Source of the DNA: Promethearchaeota archaeon | GTDB lineage: Archaea > Asgardarchaeota > Lokiarchaeia > Sigyniarchaeales > SOKP01 | Reading direction: 5' to 3' | Assembly (NCBI GenBank): GCA_016839585.1 | Contig: JAEOTZ010000041.1 | Coordinates: 3,159 to 67,158 of the forward strand | DNA length: 64,000 nucleotides | Shown here: one piece after another, positions 38,578 through 48,978 of the stretch | How positions within the stretch are numbered: the stretch's first letter is position 1 | How the letters are laid out: every line of letters starts with the position of its first letter | Translations under genes and position numbers: made by a program | Notes under the pieces: model-generated | What the model was told of the DNA's origin: nothing | The model's input: only the letters and a program-made list of their open reading frames with translations | The model's database searches: none

Positions 38578-39682
38578 TGATTCTCTTTCCTCTTATATTT
38601 TCAATTTTCATTGTTAAAACTGAACTTAATCTCCCTAATTGTACTTTTAAAGATGCATAACCTTCCCATTTTTTATAAATGACTCTGAATAATATAGATA
38701 TAATAATAAACACCATTGCTACTAAGATCCAGATATTAAATGCATTTAATTGATTGTAAAATAGAAAATATAATAAATAATGAGCTAAGTAAATAGTTAA
38801 AGAATAATAAGAGTAGTAAAATAACACCTTATAACTTTTTTTTGTCTTAATAATCTTAAACTCTTCAAAGGCTAATAAGATTGTTAATAAAATTAAATTA
38901 ATTCCTAAAGAATAAATTATCCATGAAAAACTTTCTCTATTTAAAAAAGTAGGAAATTTAAAGATAACAGCGATCATTATCAGAAGAATACCAGTTAATA
39001 TTGATGGAATTAATAGATTTTTTTTCAATACCAATTTTCTTTCGTTTTGATTATTTCTAAGATATGAGTCGAATATAATTTCTCCAATAACCGTTCCAAA
39101 TAGAAAAAAAGGAAAAAATGTCAATATTGGATCTTGATGCATATCACTATATAAAATACGAAACAGTATTCCAAATAGGTTTAAATCACCTTTATAAGGC
39201 ACTAAAAATCCAACTATAAACTGATTTACAATTAAAATTATTGTTCCGAAAATAATTCTAAACATTTTGGAAGTCTTTAATAAGGGCCAAGCCATAAAAA
39301 GCGATACAGCTACTGTTAATAAAAAAAACCAAGTCCAAATCCATGAAGGATCGTTAATTCCTGCTGCTAAACAAAAATTAAAAAATATAGCAATTATTAA
39401 TATGAAAAGTGCTCGAAATAGGTATGAATTTCTTACCATTCTATAATTATAATCTTCTGAAATTTTAACTTTAATAAGTCTACTTCGATATGATAAAGTT
39501 GTACTCACTCCTGCAATAAATAAAAATCCAGAAGCTCCAATTGGGTCTAGGATCATTATTAAAGCTTTATGTAGCCAATTATATTCATTTTTTAACCACC
39601 AATCAATTAGATGCGCCAAAACCATCCAAGACATGCATAAACCACGAAAAATATCAATACTTTTTAGTCTTTGAGGTTTCAT
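38561..39682 (-). CDS. DUF1624 / HGSNAT-like acyltransferase-family membrane protein
   Basis: RLKSIDIFRGLCMSWMVLAH N-terminal signature, multi-TM. Paralog of the next gene. Confidence 0.6.
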   Translation of the reverse strand: MKPQRLKSIDIFRGLCMSWMVLAHLIDWWLKNEYNWLHKALIMILDPIGASGFLFIAGVSTTLSYRSRLIKVKISEDYNYRMVRNSYLFRALFILIIAIFFNFCLAAGINDPSWIWTWFFLLTVAVSLFMAWPLLKTSKMFRIIFGTIILIVNQFIVGFLVPYKGDLNLFGILFRILYSDMHQDPILTFFPFFLFGTVIGEIIFDSYLRNNQNERKLVLKKNLLIPSILTGILLIMIAVIFKFPTFLNRESFSWIIYSLGINLILLTILLAFEEFKIIKTKKSYKVLFYYSYYSLTIYLAHYLLYFLFYNQLNAFNIWILVAMVFIIISILFRVIYKKWEGYASLKVQLGRLSSVLTMKIENIRGKRINERKN

Positions 39683-39734
39683 TTAAAGCAATTTTTTCCT
39701 TTTTACAATTAATTATTCCTTAATTAATTCATTT

Positions 39735-40844
39735 CTATTTACTCTTTACTACTTCCGTTCTTGCAAGAGAAACCGCCATTCTACCAATTTGAACTTTTAA
39801 AGAATATTGGGGACCTAATTTTTTATACAAAAATCTTAACAATAAACCATATAGTATAACCGTCACTACAATAAAAAGCCAGATATTATACCTATTTAAT
39901 AGAGCATAAAAAAGAAAGAAATTTATATTTTGTACGAGAAAAAGGGTTAGAGAATAATAAGAAAAATAATATAAAAATCTATAACTTTTTTCAGTTTTAA
40001 TGAGTTCAAATTCTTCAATGCCTAATAAAATTAGAATTAAAATTAATTCTATTCCTAATGAATAGATTAACCACCAAATGTTTGTTTTTATCGTAAGAAT
40101 TTTTTCGGTAAATAAATTAGGTAATAAAAACCAAAAACTAAACATAATCATAGCTATACCAAATATTAATGACGGAACTAAAATTTTCTGTTTTATAGCT
40201 CTTTTTCTAGCAATTTCATCATCTACTAGGTAAATATCATAGATAATATCCCCTATTACTGTTCCTATTAAAAAGAAGGTAAAAAAAGACAATATAGGAT
40301 TTTGATCTAAAGAATTGTATAATATGAAGAATATTACGCCAAAAAAATTGGTTTGCTCTTCAAAGGGTAATAAAAATACCAATACAAATTGATTCACAAT
40401 CCATACTATAGCTCCAACTAATAATCTGAACAATTTTGAAGTCTTTAAAAATGGCCAAGCCATAAAAAGGCAAACTGCAACAGTTAATATAATAAACCAC
40501 TTCCAAATTAGAAGGGGATCTAAAAATTCAATTGCTACAATAGAATTATATATTAACCCAAGTATTAAAACTAAAAATGCTCGAAATAGATATTCCTTTT
40601 TTATTATCTTGTTGTTATAATCATCTAAGGTTTTAGCTTTAACAAGCCTATTTCTATAAGATAACGCAGTACTTACTCCTGAAATAAATACAAATCCAGC
40701 AGCTCCTATAGCGGAGAAAAGGGATACATATATATAAAATAAAAAATCATCTTCAGGTCTTGTCCACCAGTCAATCATGTGGCCTACTATAATATAGACC
40801 ATTCCTATTCCTCGAAAAATATCGATACTCTTTAATCTCTTCAT
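39735..40844 (-). CDS. DUF1624 / HGSNAT-like acyltransferase-family membrane protein
   Basis: RLKSIDIFRGIGMVYIIVGH. Collinear with 38561..39682 along its whole length, with high identity by eye. Confidence 0.6.
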   Translation of the reverse strand: MKRLKSIDIFRGIGMVYIIVGHMIDWWTRPEDDFLFYIYVSLFSAIGAAGFVFISGVSTALSYRNRLVKAKTLDDYNNKIIKKEYLFRAFLVLILGLIYNSIVAIEFLDPLLIWKWFIILTVAVCLFMAWPFLKTSKLFRLLVGAIVWIVNQFVLVFLLPFEEQTNFFGVIFFILYNSLDQNPILSFFTFFLIGTVIGDIIYDIYLVDDEIARKRAIKQKILVPSLIFGIAMIMFSFWFLLPNLFTEKILTIKTNIWWLIYSLGIELILILILLGIEEFELIKTEKSYRFLYYFSYYSLTLFLVQNINFFLFYALLNRYNIWLFIVVTVILYGLLLRFLYKKLGPQYSLKVQIGRMAVSLARTEVVKSK

Positions 40845-40929
40845 AAAAATTTCAAAGAATTGTTCTATTAATTATTCTTATGGTTGGGTTATACACAAAG
40901 ATATAAAGACTCTATCGTTAACAACTTTC

Positions 40930-41787
40930 TTATAAACAATTTTTATCCTCCTTTAACATTTCTATTGATTTACTAAGAGAAATTTCATTGTTTAATACTT
41001 TCTCAATTATATTTCTTAAATCGATTACTGAATCATTGACTTCTTCAATGTGTCTTTCTTTATTATCCATGGTATTTAACTTTTGAAATTTATTCTGTCT
41101 AATATTTTCAAAATTATTTGCATAATTCATTTCAATTCCATTCCTAAATGCTAAGATTAATGCAGAAACTTCATGTTTTGTCATTATTCTCTTTTTAATA
41201 TCCTGAATTTTAATTTTTGAGGATTTAGATTCATCAATTAAATAAAGGTTCAAATGACTTCTATTATTAAAAACTTGATAAATTTCTTTTATCAAATTTA
41301 TAGTTATTTGCAGAATTCCTCTTCCAAATTTAAGGTTTACTTTTAATAACTTTGGGTTATTTTTTTGGAAACAGTCAACATAATCTCTAATCACCATGAT
41401 AAAAGCTTTTTCGTCATAAATTGTTTGAGAATTTAAGTAATAATCATCTAAAAAAACAACCATTCCAATATGTTTTGTACCAGGATCAATAGAAAATGTC
41501 AGCTCTGAATAAAAATTTTTATATTCTATTCGATAAGCAGCGATTACTTTTAGAATATAATGGTTGAAATTATCATCTTTAGAATATATGAGGAAATTTA
41601 AATTTTTATTAGAGTTTCTATATTGTTGGAGATCTTCTGAAGTTGTAAGGATTAGGGAGGAATGAAATGGAAGTTTAGCTCCTATATTTAAAATTTTAAA
41701 CTTAATATTTAGACGGTTAAGTTCATTATTTATTCTATAAAAAAAATTTAAATTTTCCGTATATACATATAAAATTTTATTTCTCAA
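40930..41787 (-). CDS. hypothetical protein with RuvC/YqgF(RuvX)-like RNase H-fold motifs
   Basis: FSIDPGTKHIGMVVF (IDPG..G), LIDESKSS (DE..T/S) and KHEVSALILA occur in the order expected for RuvX/RuvC catalytic motifs. Confidence 0.4.
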   Translation of the reverse strand: MRNKILYVYTENLNFFYRINNELNRLNIKFKILNIGAKLPFHSSLILTTSEDLQQYRNSNKNLNFLIYSKDDNFNHYILKVIAAYRIEYKNFYSELTFSIDPGTKHIGMVVFLDDYYLNSQTIYDEKAFIMVIRDYVDCFQKNNPKLLKVNLKFGRGILQITINLIKEIYQVFNNRSHLNLYLIDESKSSKIKIQDIKKRIMTKHEVSALILAFRNGIEMNYANNFENIRQNKFQKLNTMDNKERHIEEVNDSVIDLRNIIEKVLNNEISLSKSIEMLKEDKNCL

Positions 41788-41831
41788 ATTATAATTATAA
41801 ATATTAAATAAAATTAAAAATTTTTAATTAA

Positions 41832-42521
41832 ATGAAATTTCCAACCCAGAAATTAAATGCATATTTCAAAAGTACCGATCCTTTAAAAGGAATAATTTCT
41901 ATTTGGGGGGATTTCGGTGTTGGAAAAACTACATTTGCTCTTCAGACAGCAATTAATACCGCAAAAATTGGAAAACGAGTTATATATATTTATACTAAAT
42001 CTAACTTTCCTTCTGAGAAAATTGATATGATTCAAAAGGATTCCTTTAAAATATTAGATAAGATAATATTTATTCAAACTACTAATTTTGATGAATTGAA
42101 TAATATTGTTTTTAATTTTGAATTCTTGATTCTGAAATATTTGAATGAGAGTAATATCAATTTTGACTTAATTGTTATAGATTCTTTAACTAATTTATAT
42201 CGAATAGAGTTAAATAAAGATAAAAAAGAAAAGAATTACAATTTAAATTACCAATTAAATCAGATCTTAGCAAATTTATTCTATATAAATGAAACCTATG
42301 GTATCGAAATTATGATAATTAACGAAATTAGTAGAAAAAATTTCAATGATCAAATCATTGAAGTTCAGAGTGGCGGTAAAGTTATGAAATATTGGGTGGA
42401 TTTTAGTATAAAAATAACAAGAACAGAAAAATTGAATGAAAGAAAATTAATTTTAACTGAAGATCCTGAAATTGAGTTAAATAACTTTACATTGAATTTA
42501 ACTGAAAATGGATTTGAATAA
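41832..42521 (+). CDS. radB: RadB-like RecA-superfamily ATPase
   Basis: 229 aa. Walker A GDFGVGKTT and Walker B LIVIDSLTNLYR, with no N-terminal HhH domain. Confidence 0.65.
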   Translation: MKFPTQKLNAYFKSTDPLKGIISIWGDFGVGKTTFALQTAINTAKIGKRVIYIYTKSNFPSEKIDMIQKDSFKILDKIIFIQTTNFDELNNIVFNFEFLILKYLNESNINFDLIVIDSLTNLYRIELNKDKKEKNYNLNYQLNQILANLFYINETYGIEIMIINEISRKNFNDQIIEVQSGGKVMKYWVDFSIKITRTEKLNERKLILTEDPEIELNNFTLNLTENGFE

Positions 42522-43782
42522 TTATTATTATAATGTTTTCAAACATAAAAAAATGGAAGTAAAAGATTTCATAATAAACAGGGAAGGATTAGCAGATTTT
42601 TATGTTCTTGCTATTGATGAGAACACAGTTCCTTCAAAATCTATGGTTGTTTTTTATAATAAAAAAATGATGATAAATCGTGATATAACTAATCTAGCAA
42701 TAACAGCATATAATAAAATTTACAGTCAAAAAAGTCTCATTATAGTAGATTCTATGGCAGCATCGGGAGTAAGTTCTATTAGAATTCTAAAAGAATGTAG
42801 AAATGTTAAAAAAATATATATTAATGATATTAATCCCATTGCTATTAAGTTAATTAAGAAAAATATCACTTTAAATAAGTTAGACAAACCAAAACATAAA
42901 ATTGAAATTTCAAGAAAAGATGCTAATTTCCTTTTGTCTGAAATTGCTCAAGATGACTGTTTTACATCAGAACAAGAAAAATATAAACCAAATATAATCT
43001 CCATTGATCCCTTTGGTACCCCAAATCGCTACTTAAATTCAGCTTTTAAAGCTATACAAAAAGTAAATGGTTTATTATGTGTAACTGCCACAGATACACC
43101 TGTATTGTTTGGAATCAAACAAAATGCTTGCCTAAGAAAATATTTATCTAAATCACTTCATAGTGAGTATTGTAAGGAAATTGGAGCAAGAATTTTGATT
43201 TATTTTATTTCAAGAATGGCAAATATCAATAACTTAGGTATCATTCCTCTCTTAACTTTTTCTTACAAACATTTCATTCGTATTTTTGCCCTAACTTTTA
43301 AAAATAAAGAAATAATAACTAAATTCATTAAAAATTATGGATATATAATCCATTGTCAATACTGTGGATATAGAACTACTCTAAAAAATCAACCCCTTCA
43401 TATATTTGAAAATTGTCCCTTATGTAATACTAAGGATACATTAGATTATGCAGGACCATTGTGGCTTGAGGAAATTCATGATAATCAATTTATCAAAGAA
43501 ATTTTAATTTTAAACCAAAAAATTGGATATAAATGTAAGAATAGAATAGATAAGCTCTTAAATTTAGCATTAGAGGAAATTAATATGCCTGTTTCTTATT
43601 ACAATATACATAAATTGAGTCAAAACTTAAAGTTGCCCTACGTTCCAAAGATGCATGTAATTCAAAACAAAATTAAGGAAAAAGGATACAAGGTTTCAAG
43701 AACACATTTTGATTTTCTCTCAATTAAAACAAATATGGGTTTAAACCTTATAAAGGATAGTCTATTAGATTTAAAAAGTTAA
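42508..43782 (+). CDS. trm1: tRNA (guanine26-N2)-dimethyltransferase Trm1
   Basis: NRDITNLAI, DSMAASGVSSIR, IDPFGTPNRYL, TATDTPVLFG and a Cys4 insert CQYCG...CPLC. The start may be Met at 42553. Confidence 0.8.
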   Translation: MDLNNYYYNVFKHKKMEVKDFIINREGLADFYVLAIDENTVPSKSMVVFYNKKMMINRDITNLAITAYNKIYSQKSLIIVDSMAASGVSSIRILKECRNVKKIYINDINPIAIKLIKKNITLNKLDKPKHKIEISRKDANFLLSEIAQDDCFTSEQEKYKPNIISIDPFGTPNRYLNSAFKAIQKVNGLLCVTATDTPVLFGIKQNACLRKYLSKSLHSEYCKEIGARILIYFISRMANINNLGIIPLLTFSYKHFIRIFALTFKNKEIITKFIKNYGYIIHCQYCGYRTTLKNQPLHIFENCPLCNTKDTLDYAGPLWLEEIHDNQFIKEILILNQKIGYKCKNRIDKLLNLALEEINMPVSYYNIHKLSQNLKLPYVPKMHVIQNKIKEKGYKVSRTHFDFLSIKTNMGLNLIKDSLLDLKS

Positions 43783-43799
43783 TTCTTTATTGAAAAAAG

Positions 43800-44435
43800 A
43801 TGGTTAGAAATTCAAAAGAGCATAGGAGAGATCCACATTATAAAAGTGCTAAACAAGAAGGGTATAGAGCGAGATCTGCTTTTAAATTATTAGAAATTCA
43901 AAAAAGATTCAACATTTTTAAACGCGCATTTTATATTTTAGATTTAGGATGTGCTCCTGGTTCATGGTTGCAAGTAGCAAGGAAATTCTCTGAAGAAAAT
44001 ATAGAGAAATATAATGATCAGTATTATCATCGAGATCATTATAAAATTATGGGAGTTGATATAAAAAAAACAACACTAATTGAAAAAATTAAACTAGTCC
44101 AAGAGGATTTTACTAAACCAAAATTCATTGATGAATTAAATGCATTTTTTCCAGAGAAATTAGATTTAATCTTGTCTGATGCTTCAATTAATAAATCTGG
44201 TAATAAATTCAGTGATCAAATAAGACAAATTAACCTTTGTCTTAAAATTATTGATTTAACAAAAAAAAATCTAAAAATTAATGGAAGTTTAGTTATTAAA
44301 GTTTTTCAAGGAACTGATTTTAATAATTTTTTTAAAAAAGTGAAGCAAGAATTTAAATATTTAAAATCTTATAAACCAAAATCATCTAAAAAAACAAGTA
44401 ACGAAATTTATCTTATTGGCTTACAGAAAATATAA
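43800..44435 (+). CDS. rlmE: 23S rRNA U2552 2'-O-methyltransferase RlmE/FtsJ
   Basis: YRARSAFKLLEI, LDLGCAPGSWLQV, SDAS, VIKVFQG. Confidence 0.85.
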   Translation: MVRNSKEHRRDPHYKSAKQEGYRARSAFKLLEIQKRFNIFKRAFYILDLGCAPGSWLQVARKFSEENIEKYNDQYYHRDHYKIMGVDIKKTTLIEKIKLVQEDFTKPKFIDELNAFFPEKLDLILSDASINKSGNKFSDQIRQINLCLKIIDLTKKNLKINGSLVIKVFQGTDFNNFFKKVKQEFKYLKSYKPKSSKKTSNEIYLIGLQKI

Positions 44436-45047
44436 TTAGCTTTTTTGTAATCTTGCTTTAATTTCATCAAAATTGACATTATATTCTTTTCCTTCTAGGG
44501 ATACCTCAATCCAATCTGTTAACCATTGACAATGATATGGATTAAACTGATCTGAATTAGTTTCATTACACTTTTCACGGAAAGGACAAATGAAGCACGG
44601 TTGTCTTGAAAACATATTCCAAATGAAAGACTTCTGTTTCTTGTTAATTTTAAGTTCTTTAGTTTTTATATCAATTTCTTCAATTGAAGTTATATGTTTT
44701 GTCCAGGAAGCCTCCACTAATTCTCGTCTAAGTTTTATTTTTGATTGCATTGCTAAAACATCTAGGATTTGATCCAATTCATCTCGTTTCTTTTTACTCA
44801 ACTCTAAAAGATCATTAAAAAATAAATCTTTTTTTCTATTAATAATGCTTAAGATCATTGCCTCATCTTTTCGTAATGTTCGGTTAAATACTTTCTTCTT
44901 TTCTTCCATTCTTTCAACTCTTCTCTCCATTTCAGATTTCTCATCTGAAGAACCTTCAACTCGTTCTTTAATTCTGCATTTATGACGAGATAAATAAACG
45001 AAACTCTTTCCACAATACTGACAAATTTCTTTTTTTCGTTTTGCCAT
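44436..45047 (-). CDS. TFE-beta / RPC34-like winged-helix protein with C-terminal Cys4 (Fe-S) motif
   Basis: PCFICPFREKCNETNSDQFNPYHCQWLTDWIE matches the C..C...C....P..C.Y...WL module of RPC34/TFE-beta (from memory). Central WH-like region. Start taken at Met 45047 (MAKRKKE). Confidence 0.55.
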   Translation of the reverse strand: MAKRKKEICQYCGKSFVYLSRHKCRIKERVEGSSDEKSEMERRVERMEEKKKVFNRTLRKDEAMILSIINRKKDLFFNDLLELSKKKRDELDQILDVLAMQSKIKLRRELVEASWTKHITSIEEIDIKTKELKINKKQKSFIWNMFSRQPCFICPFREKCNETNSDQFNPYHCQWLTDWIEVSLEGKEYNVNFDEIKARLQKS

Positions 45048-45222
45048 TTTTATAATTATATAAATAAGTGGTAGTTTATAAGAAAATTCACAAATCTTAG
45101 GATAGATCATATTTATGATTACCTAAAAATTAATTTTTCGATTTTATATTGAAGAATACAATAAAAATTTTTTAGATGAATACGTTAAATTATATTAAAA
45201 CCCTTAATTAATTAATTATTAA

Positions 45223-46050
45223 ATGAAAATGGATCTCTGCAACAGCCTAAATATTAAACAAAATCAATTGATCAACATACGTTATGCTTTAAATGATTAT
45301 AGTAAAAAAAGAAGTGAAAAATTAGTATTATCTTCCGGTTCAAAAAATTGTGATGAAATTTTTGGCGGAGGACTTTATACGGGTAAAAAATATTTGATTT
45401 TTGGAGCTAATAAAACAGGTAAAACTCAGATTTGTCATCAAATATGTGTTCAAGCATACAAAAAATTATCAAGAATTTATGAAAAATTAAAAAACGTAAG
45501 ATTTGTTTATTATTTTGATACAGAAAATACCTTTCGTCCAGAAAGAATAAGGGATATAGCAAATGAATTTAAATATGACTATAAAAAAGTATTAAAAAGT
45601 ATACTAGTTACTAAAATTCTAAGTAATTCTGCTTTTTTACTTACTTTAAATGATCTAGAAAACTTAATAGAAAAAAACCCTTATGGAGTATTGATTATTG
45701 ATACTCTAAATAATCATTTTAGATCAGAACAGGGTGAAAAGAGAATTTCATATAAAAAATCAAAAGATAGGTTTATAGAAATTATAAAGAAAATAAATTC
45801 ACTCACCAAAACATATAATCTAATAACTATAGCAACAGCACAAGTTGCTCCGAACCTATTTAAAAATGCATTTATTCGAGTATTACCTGTTGGTAACCTT
45901 TTCATAAATAATTATTTCTCAGAATATTTATATCTAAATCGCAAAGAAGAAGGGAAATATTATATTCATAATGTCAATTCAAGCGCAAATCCTGAGATAA
46001 GATTATTATATAAAATTACTTCTGCTGGTATCCAAGATTATAAGATATAG
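45223..46050 (+). CDS. RadA/Rad51 paralog (core ATPase domain only)
   Basis: LSSGSKNCDEIFGGGLYTGK, GANKTGKTQICHQ, FDTENTFRPERIRDIA and VLIIDTLNNHFR are collinear with the RadA/Rad51 core. Confidence 0.65.
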   Translation: MKMDLCNSLNIKQNQLINIRYALNDYSKKRSEKLVLSSGSKNCDEIFGGGLYTGKKYLIFGANKTGKTQICHQICVQAYKKLSRIYEKLKNVRFVYYFDTENTFRPERIRDIANEFKYDYKKVLKSILVTKILSNSAFLLTLNDLENLIEKNPYGVLIIDTLNNHFRSEQGEKRISYKKSKDRFIEIIKKINSLTKTYNLITIATAQVAPNLFKNAFIRVLPVGNLFINNYFSEYLYLNRKEEGKYYIHNVNSSANPEIRLLYKITSAGIQDYKI

Positions 46051-46057
46051 ATTTTAT

Positions 46058-46885
46058 TTATGAAATTATTTTTTTAAATTCCTCTATTGAAAGGTAGTTG
46101 AATTTATCTGAGATAAATTTTGAATTTATAAAATATATCTCGTTTTTTATTAAATGCATAATCCATTCTATTAATTCTATAGCAAATTTGAGTTTTTTTA
46201 TTTTAATTGCATTTCCTTCTTGATTTTCATTTATATACAATTTAGAATATTTGCCAATAATATTTTGAAAATCCATACCAATTAAAAATATTTGATGTTT
46301 AGGTTCTAAAAGTGTTCGTAAAAAATAAAGAATCCTATCCCCATCTGTAAAACCTCCTGGATTAACTAAGTTCTTTGATGGTTCTACTTGAGTAGTTCCA
46401 ATTACATTTTTAAAAATAAGTATTTCATCCTTAAAACTTTTCAATTTTTCAATATTATCTCCATGAGCATGAATAAATAGAAACTCTGAATAGAAAAATT
46501 CTTCTTTAGTTATTCCATCTAAGTCAGTAAAGATTCCATTGATATGTAAGCCTTTATTTTTTAGTAAAATCGAGGCGCCATCAGCAGCTAAATTTACACA
46601 ATTAGCAAAAAATTTTGGTCTAAGTTCTTTCAATAAAATTTTAACGGTAACTTCTAGTGATGGTCCGCACCCATAGATTAAAATGATATTTTTAGTTTTA
46701 AGAAGATTTTTAAAAGTAACTAAATTTAATTCCAGATCCCAATTCTTTCCTTTTTTTTCTAAAATGTGAGATAAATAATTACGTGCTTTGTAATCTTTTT
46801 TATGATTAAACTTTAAATCCTCTATAATTTTAAAGTACCAATCTTTAAATTCTATATAAAAATCAATTTGTTCTTTAAGAGTCAA
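46058..46885 (-). CDS. mptE: MptE-like 6-hydroxymethylpterin diphosphokinase (DUF115)
   Basis: YGCGPSLE, AADGASILL...GIFTDLDG and HAHGDN motifs. Confidence 0.6.
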   Translation of the reverse strand: MTLKEQIDFYIEFKDWYFKIIEDLKFNHKKDYKARNYLSHILEKKGKNWDLELNLVTFKNLLKTKNIILIYGCGPSLEVTVKILLKELRPKFFANCVNLAADGASILLKNKGLHINGIFTDLDGITKEEFFYSEFLFIHAHGDNIEKLKSFKDEILIFKNVIGTTQVEPSKNLVNPGGFTDGDRILYFLRTLLEPKHQIFLIGMDFQNIIGKYSKLYINENQEGNAIKIKKLKFAIELIEWIMHLIKNEIYFINSKFISDKFNYLSIEEFKKIIS

Positions 46886-47021
46886 TGTTCTTTTTTTCTA
46901 ATATTAATCGAATAAAAAAATTTTAAATCTTTACTATAATTAATTTAAAATATCATTAAATTCAATATCTTTTAATAATTTTTATTTGTAAATTAAAAAT
47001 AAAAAAATTGTGATTAAAAAA

Positions 47022-47435
47022 ATGGCTGATGTTAAAGAGGGATTTTTTTATACTAAAACTCATCAATGGTTCGATCCTGGAACTAAAAAAATAGGTCTTA
47101 CCGCATATGCTGCTGAACAACTTGGAGAAATTAGTTTTGTAGATGTTGAGGGCCTTGAGGGGGCAGAATTGACACAAGTGGAAATGTCAGGGGATGAACC
47201 AACCTCAGATCCTATTGATGCTACAGTTGAAAGCTCTAAAGCAGTAGGTGATATATATTCTCCCGTTAGTGGAAAAGTTACTACTATTAATAGCGACTTA
47301 ATGGATGAACCTGAAAAAATAAACGAAGATCCTTATGGAGCAGGCTGGTTGTATGAAATTGAACCATCAAATTGGGACGGAGAAAAAGGTAACTTACTTT
47401 CGGCAGCAGATTATCAATCATTTACAGCAGAATAA
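47022..47435 (+). CDS. gcvH: glycine cleavage system H protein (lipoyl carrier)
   Basis: YTKTHQW, GLTAYAAEQLGEISFV, the lipoyl-Lys motif VESSKAV and DPYGAGWL. Confidence 0.85.
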   Translation: MADVKEGFFYTKTHQWFDPGTKKIGLTAYAAEQLGEISFVDVEGLEGAELTQVEMSGDEPTSDPIDATVESSKAVGDIYSPVSGKVTTINSDLMDEPEKINEDPYGAGWLYEIEPSNWDGEKGNLLSAADYQSFTAE

Positions 47436-47502
47436 TACATCTTTGATTTTTGGTACATAACTTCAAAAATTTTTTCTTTTTTTTTAATTATATTGATGAC
47501 AA

Positions 47503-48648
47503 ATGAAAAATCTTACTAAATTCAAATTAGGTTTAATCATAAATCCCATCTCGGGAATGGGGGGTTCTGTAGGATTAAAAGGTACAGACGGCAGGGCAAT
47601 ATTAAAAAAGGCAATTAGATTAGGTGCAAAACCTAATGCTATAAATAGAACAAAAGAACTTCTAACAGAATTAGAATCAATTAAAACTAAATTAAAATTC
47701 ATTACTTGTCCAGGAATCATGGGTCAAAATGTTTTGAAATATCTGAATTTTGATTATGAAATTATTGATCACTCGATTTTTAATAACATTAAGGATATTT
47801 TAGATACTAATACTGACCACACGAAAATCGCAGCGAAGATAATGAAAAACATTGAAGATCTAAAATTATTATTATTTGTTGGAGGTGATGGAACAGCACG
47901 CGACATCTTTAGTGTTGTTAATACAAATATCCCATGCCTTGGGATTCCTGCAGGTGTAAAAATTTATTCAAGTGTTTTTTCTTTAACTCCTAGAATTGCG
48001 AGTTATTTAATAATACAATTTTTATGGGATGAATTACCATTAAAGGAATCAGAGGTTTTAGATATTGATGAGACTGAATATAGAAAAGGTAAATTAATCT
48101 CAAGATTATATGGTTACTTACTAACACCTTTTAATCCAGATTTTTCTCAATTATCTAAGATGGGTTCTATTGATTCGGATTTAATTCATCAAGAAAGAAT
48201 TGCTAAAAGAGTTGTAGAAAACTTAGAAAAAGATATATATTACTTAATTGGACCTGGATCCACAACTAAGGCAATAACAGACAGATTAAACGAAAAAAAA
48301 TCAATTTTAGGTGTGGATTTGCTTATAAATGGTAAAATTATTGCAATGGATTTAAATGAACAACAAATTCTTGAATATATTGAGGGTAAAAAAGTTAAGA
48401 TCATTGTTTCACCTATTGGAAGACAAGGTTTTCTCTTTGGACGTGGTAATTTACAAATTTCGCCAAGAATCTTACGTAAAATAAGCTCTAAAAATATAAT
48501 TATTTTATGCGCGAAATATAAACTTCAAACTATTCCTAATCAAATCTTAAGATTAGATACACGCGATTCTGAATTGGATGAAGAAATGAAAGGATTATAT
48601 AAAGTATTTGTAGATTATGATGAGATAAAAATCTGTAAAGTGGAATAA
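47503..48648 (+). CDS. ATP-NAD kinase-like protein (COG3199 type)
   Basis: LGLIINPISGMGGSVGLKGTDG and FVGGDGTARDI (GGDGT) motifs; 381 aa. Confidence 0.6.
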   Translation: MKNLTKFKLGLIINPISGMGGSVGLKGTDGRAILKKAIRLGAKPNAINRTKELLTELESIKTKLKFITCPGIMGQNVLKYLNFDYEIIDHSIFNNIKDILDTNTDHTKIAAKIMKNIEDLKLLLFVGGDGTARDIFSVVNTNIPCLGIPAGVKIYSSVFSLTPRIASYLIIQFLWDELPLKESEVLDIDETEYRKGKLISRLYGYLLTPFNPDFSQLSKMGSIDSDLIHQERIAKRVVENLEKDIYYLIGPGSTTKAITDRLNEKKSILGVDLLINGKIIAMDLNEQQILEYIEGKKVKIIVSPIGRQGFLFGRGNLQISPRILRKISSKNIIILCAKYKLQTIPNQILRLDTRDSELDEEMKGLYKVFVDYDEIKICKVE

Positions 48649-48978
48649 TATAAATTCAAATTGAAATCTAATCCCTTTAATGAAAACTAAGCAATTTATC
48701 ATACTCTTTTATTAGAATTTAAAAAGTATTAGCCTATATATTTTCAAATTAATGACTAGAGAATATATTACTGCATTTGGTTCTATCTTTATGTTTCTAT
48801 CAATTCCAATTTTTCTATAATGTATAGAGACTCTTAAAAGAGAATAAAGGATAAAAATTAGTATTTTCTTTTTTTATTTTTTCTTGTCCTTCAAATTCAA
48901 TACTCTTTTAGATCTAACTAACAAAAATTAATTAATGGTTAAATTTAAAAAAATTTAATATCTAATTTAATAATTTGT

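Noticed and set aside
48752-48820. A 22-codon hydrophobic micro-ORF (MTREYITAFGSIFMFLSIPIFL) in the spacer next to the OSTC-like gene, considered as an Ost4-like mini-subunit.
   Set aside because: There is no SD or conservation evidence. Short hydrophobic ORFs arise easily in T-rich sequence.
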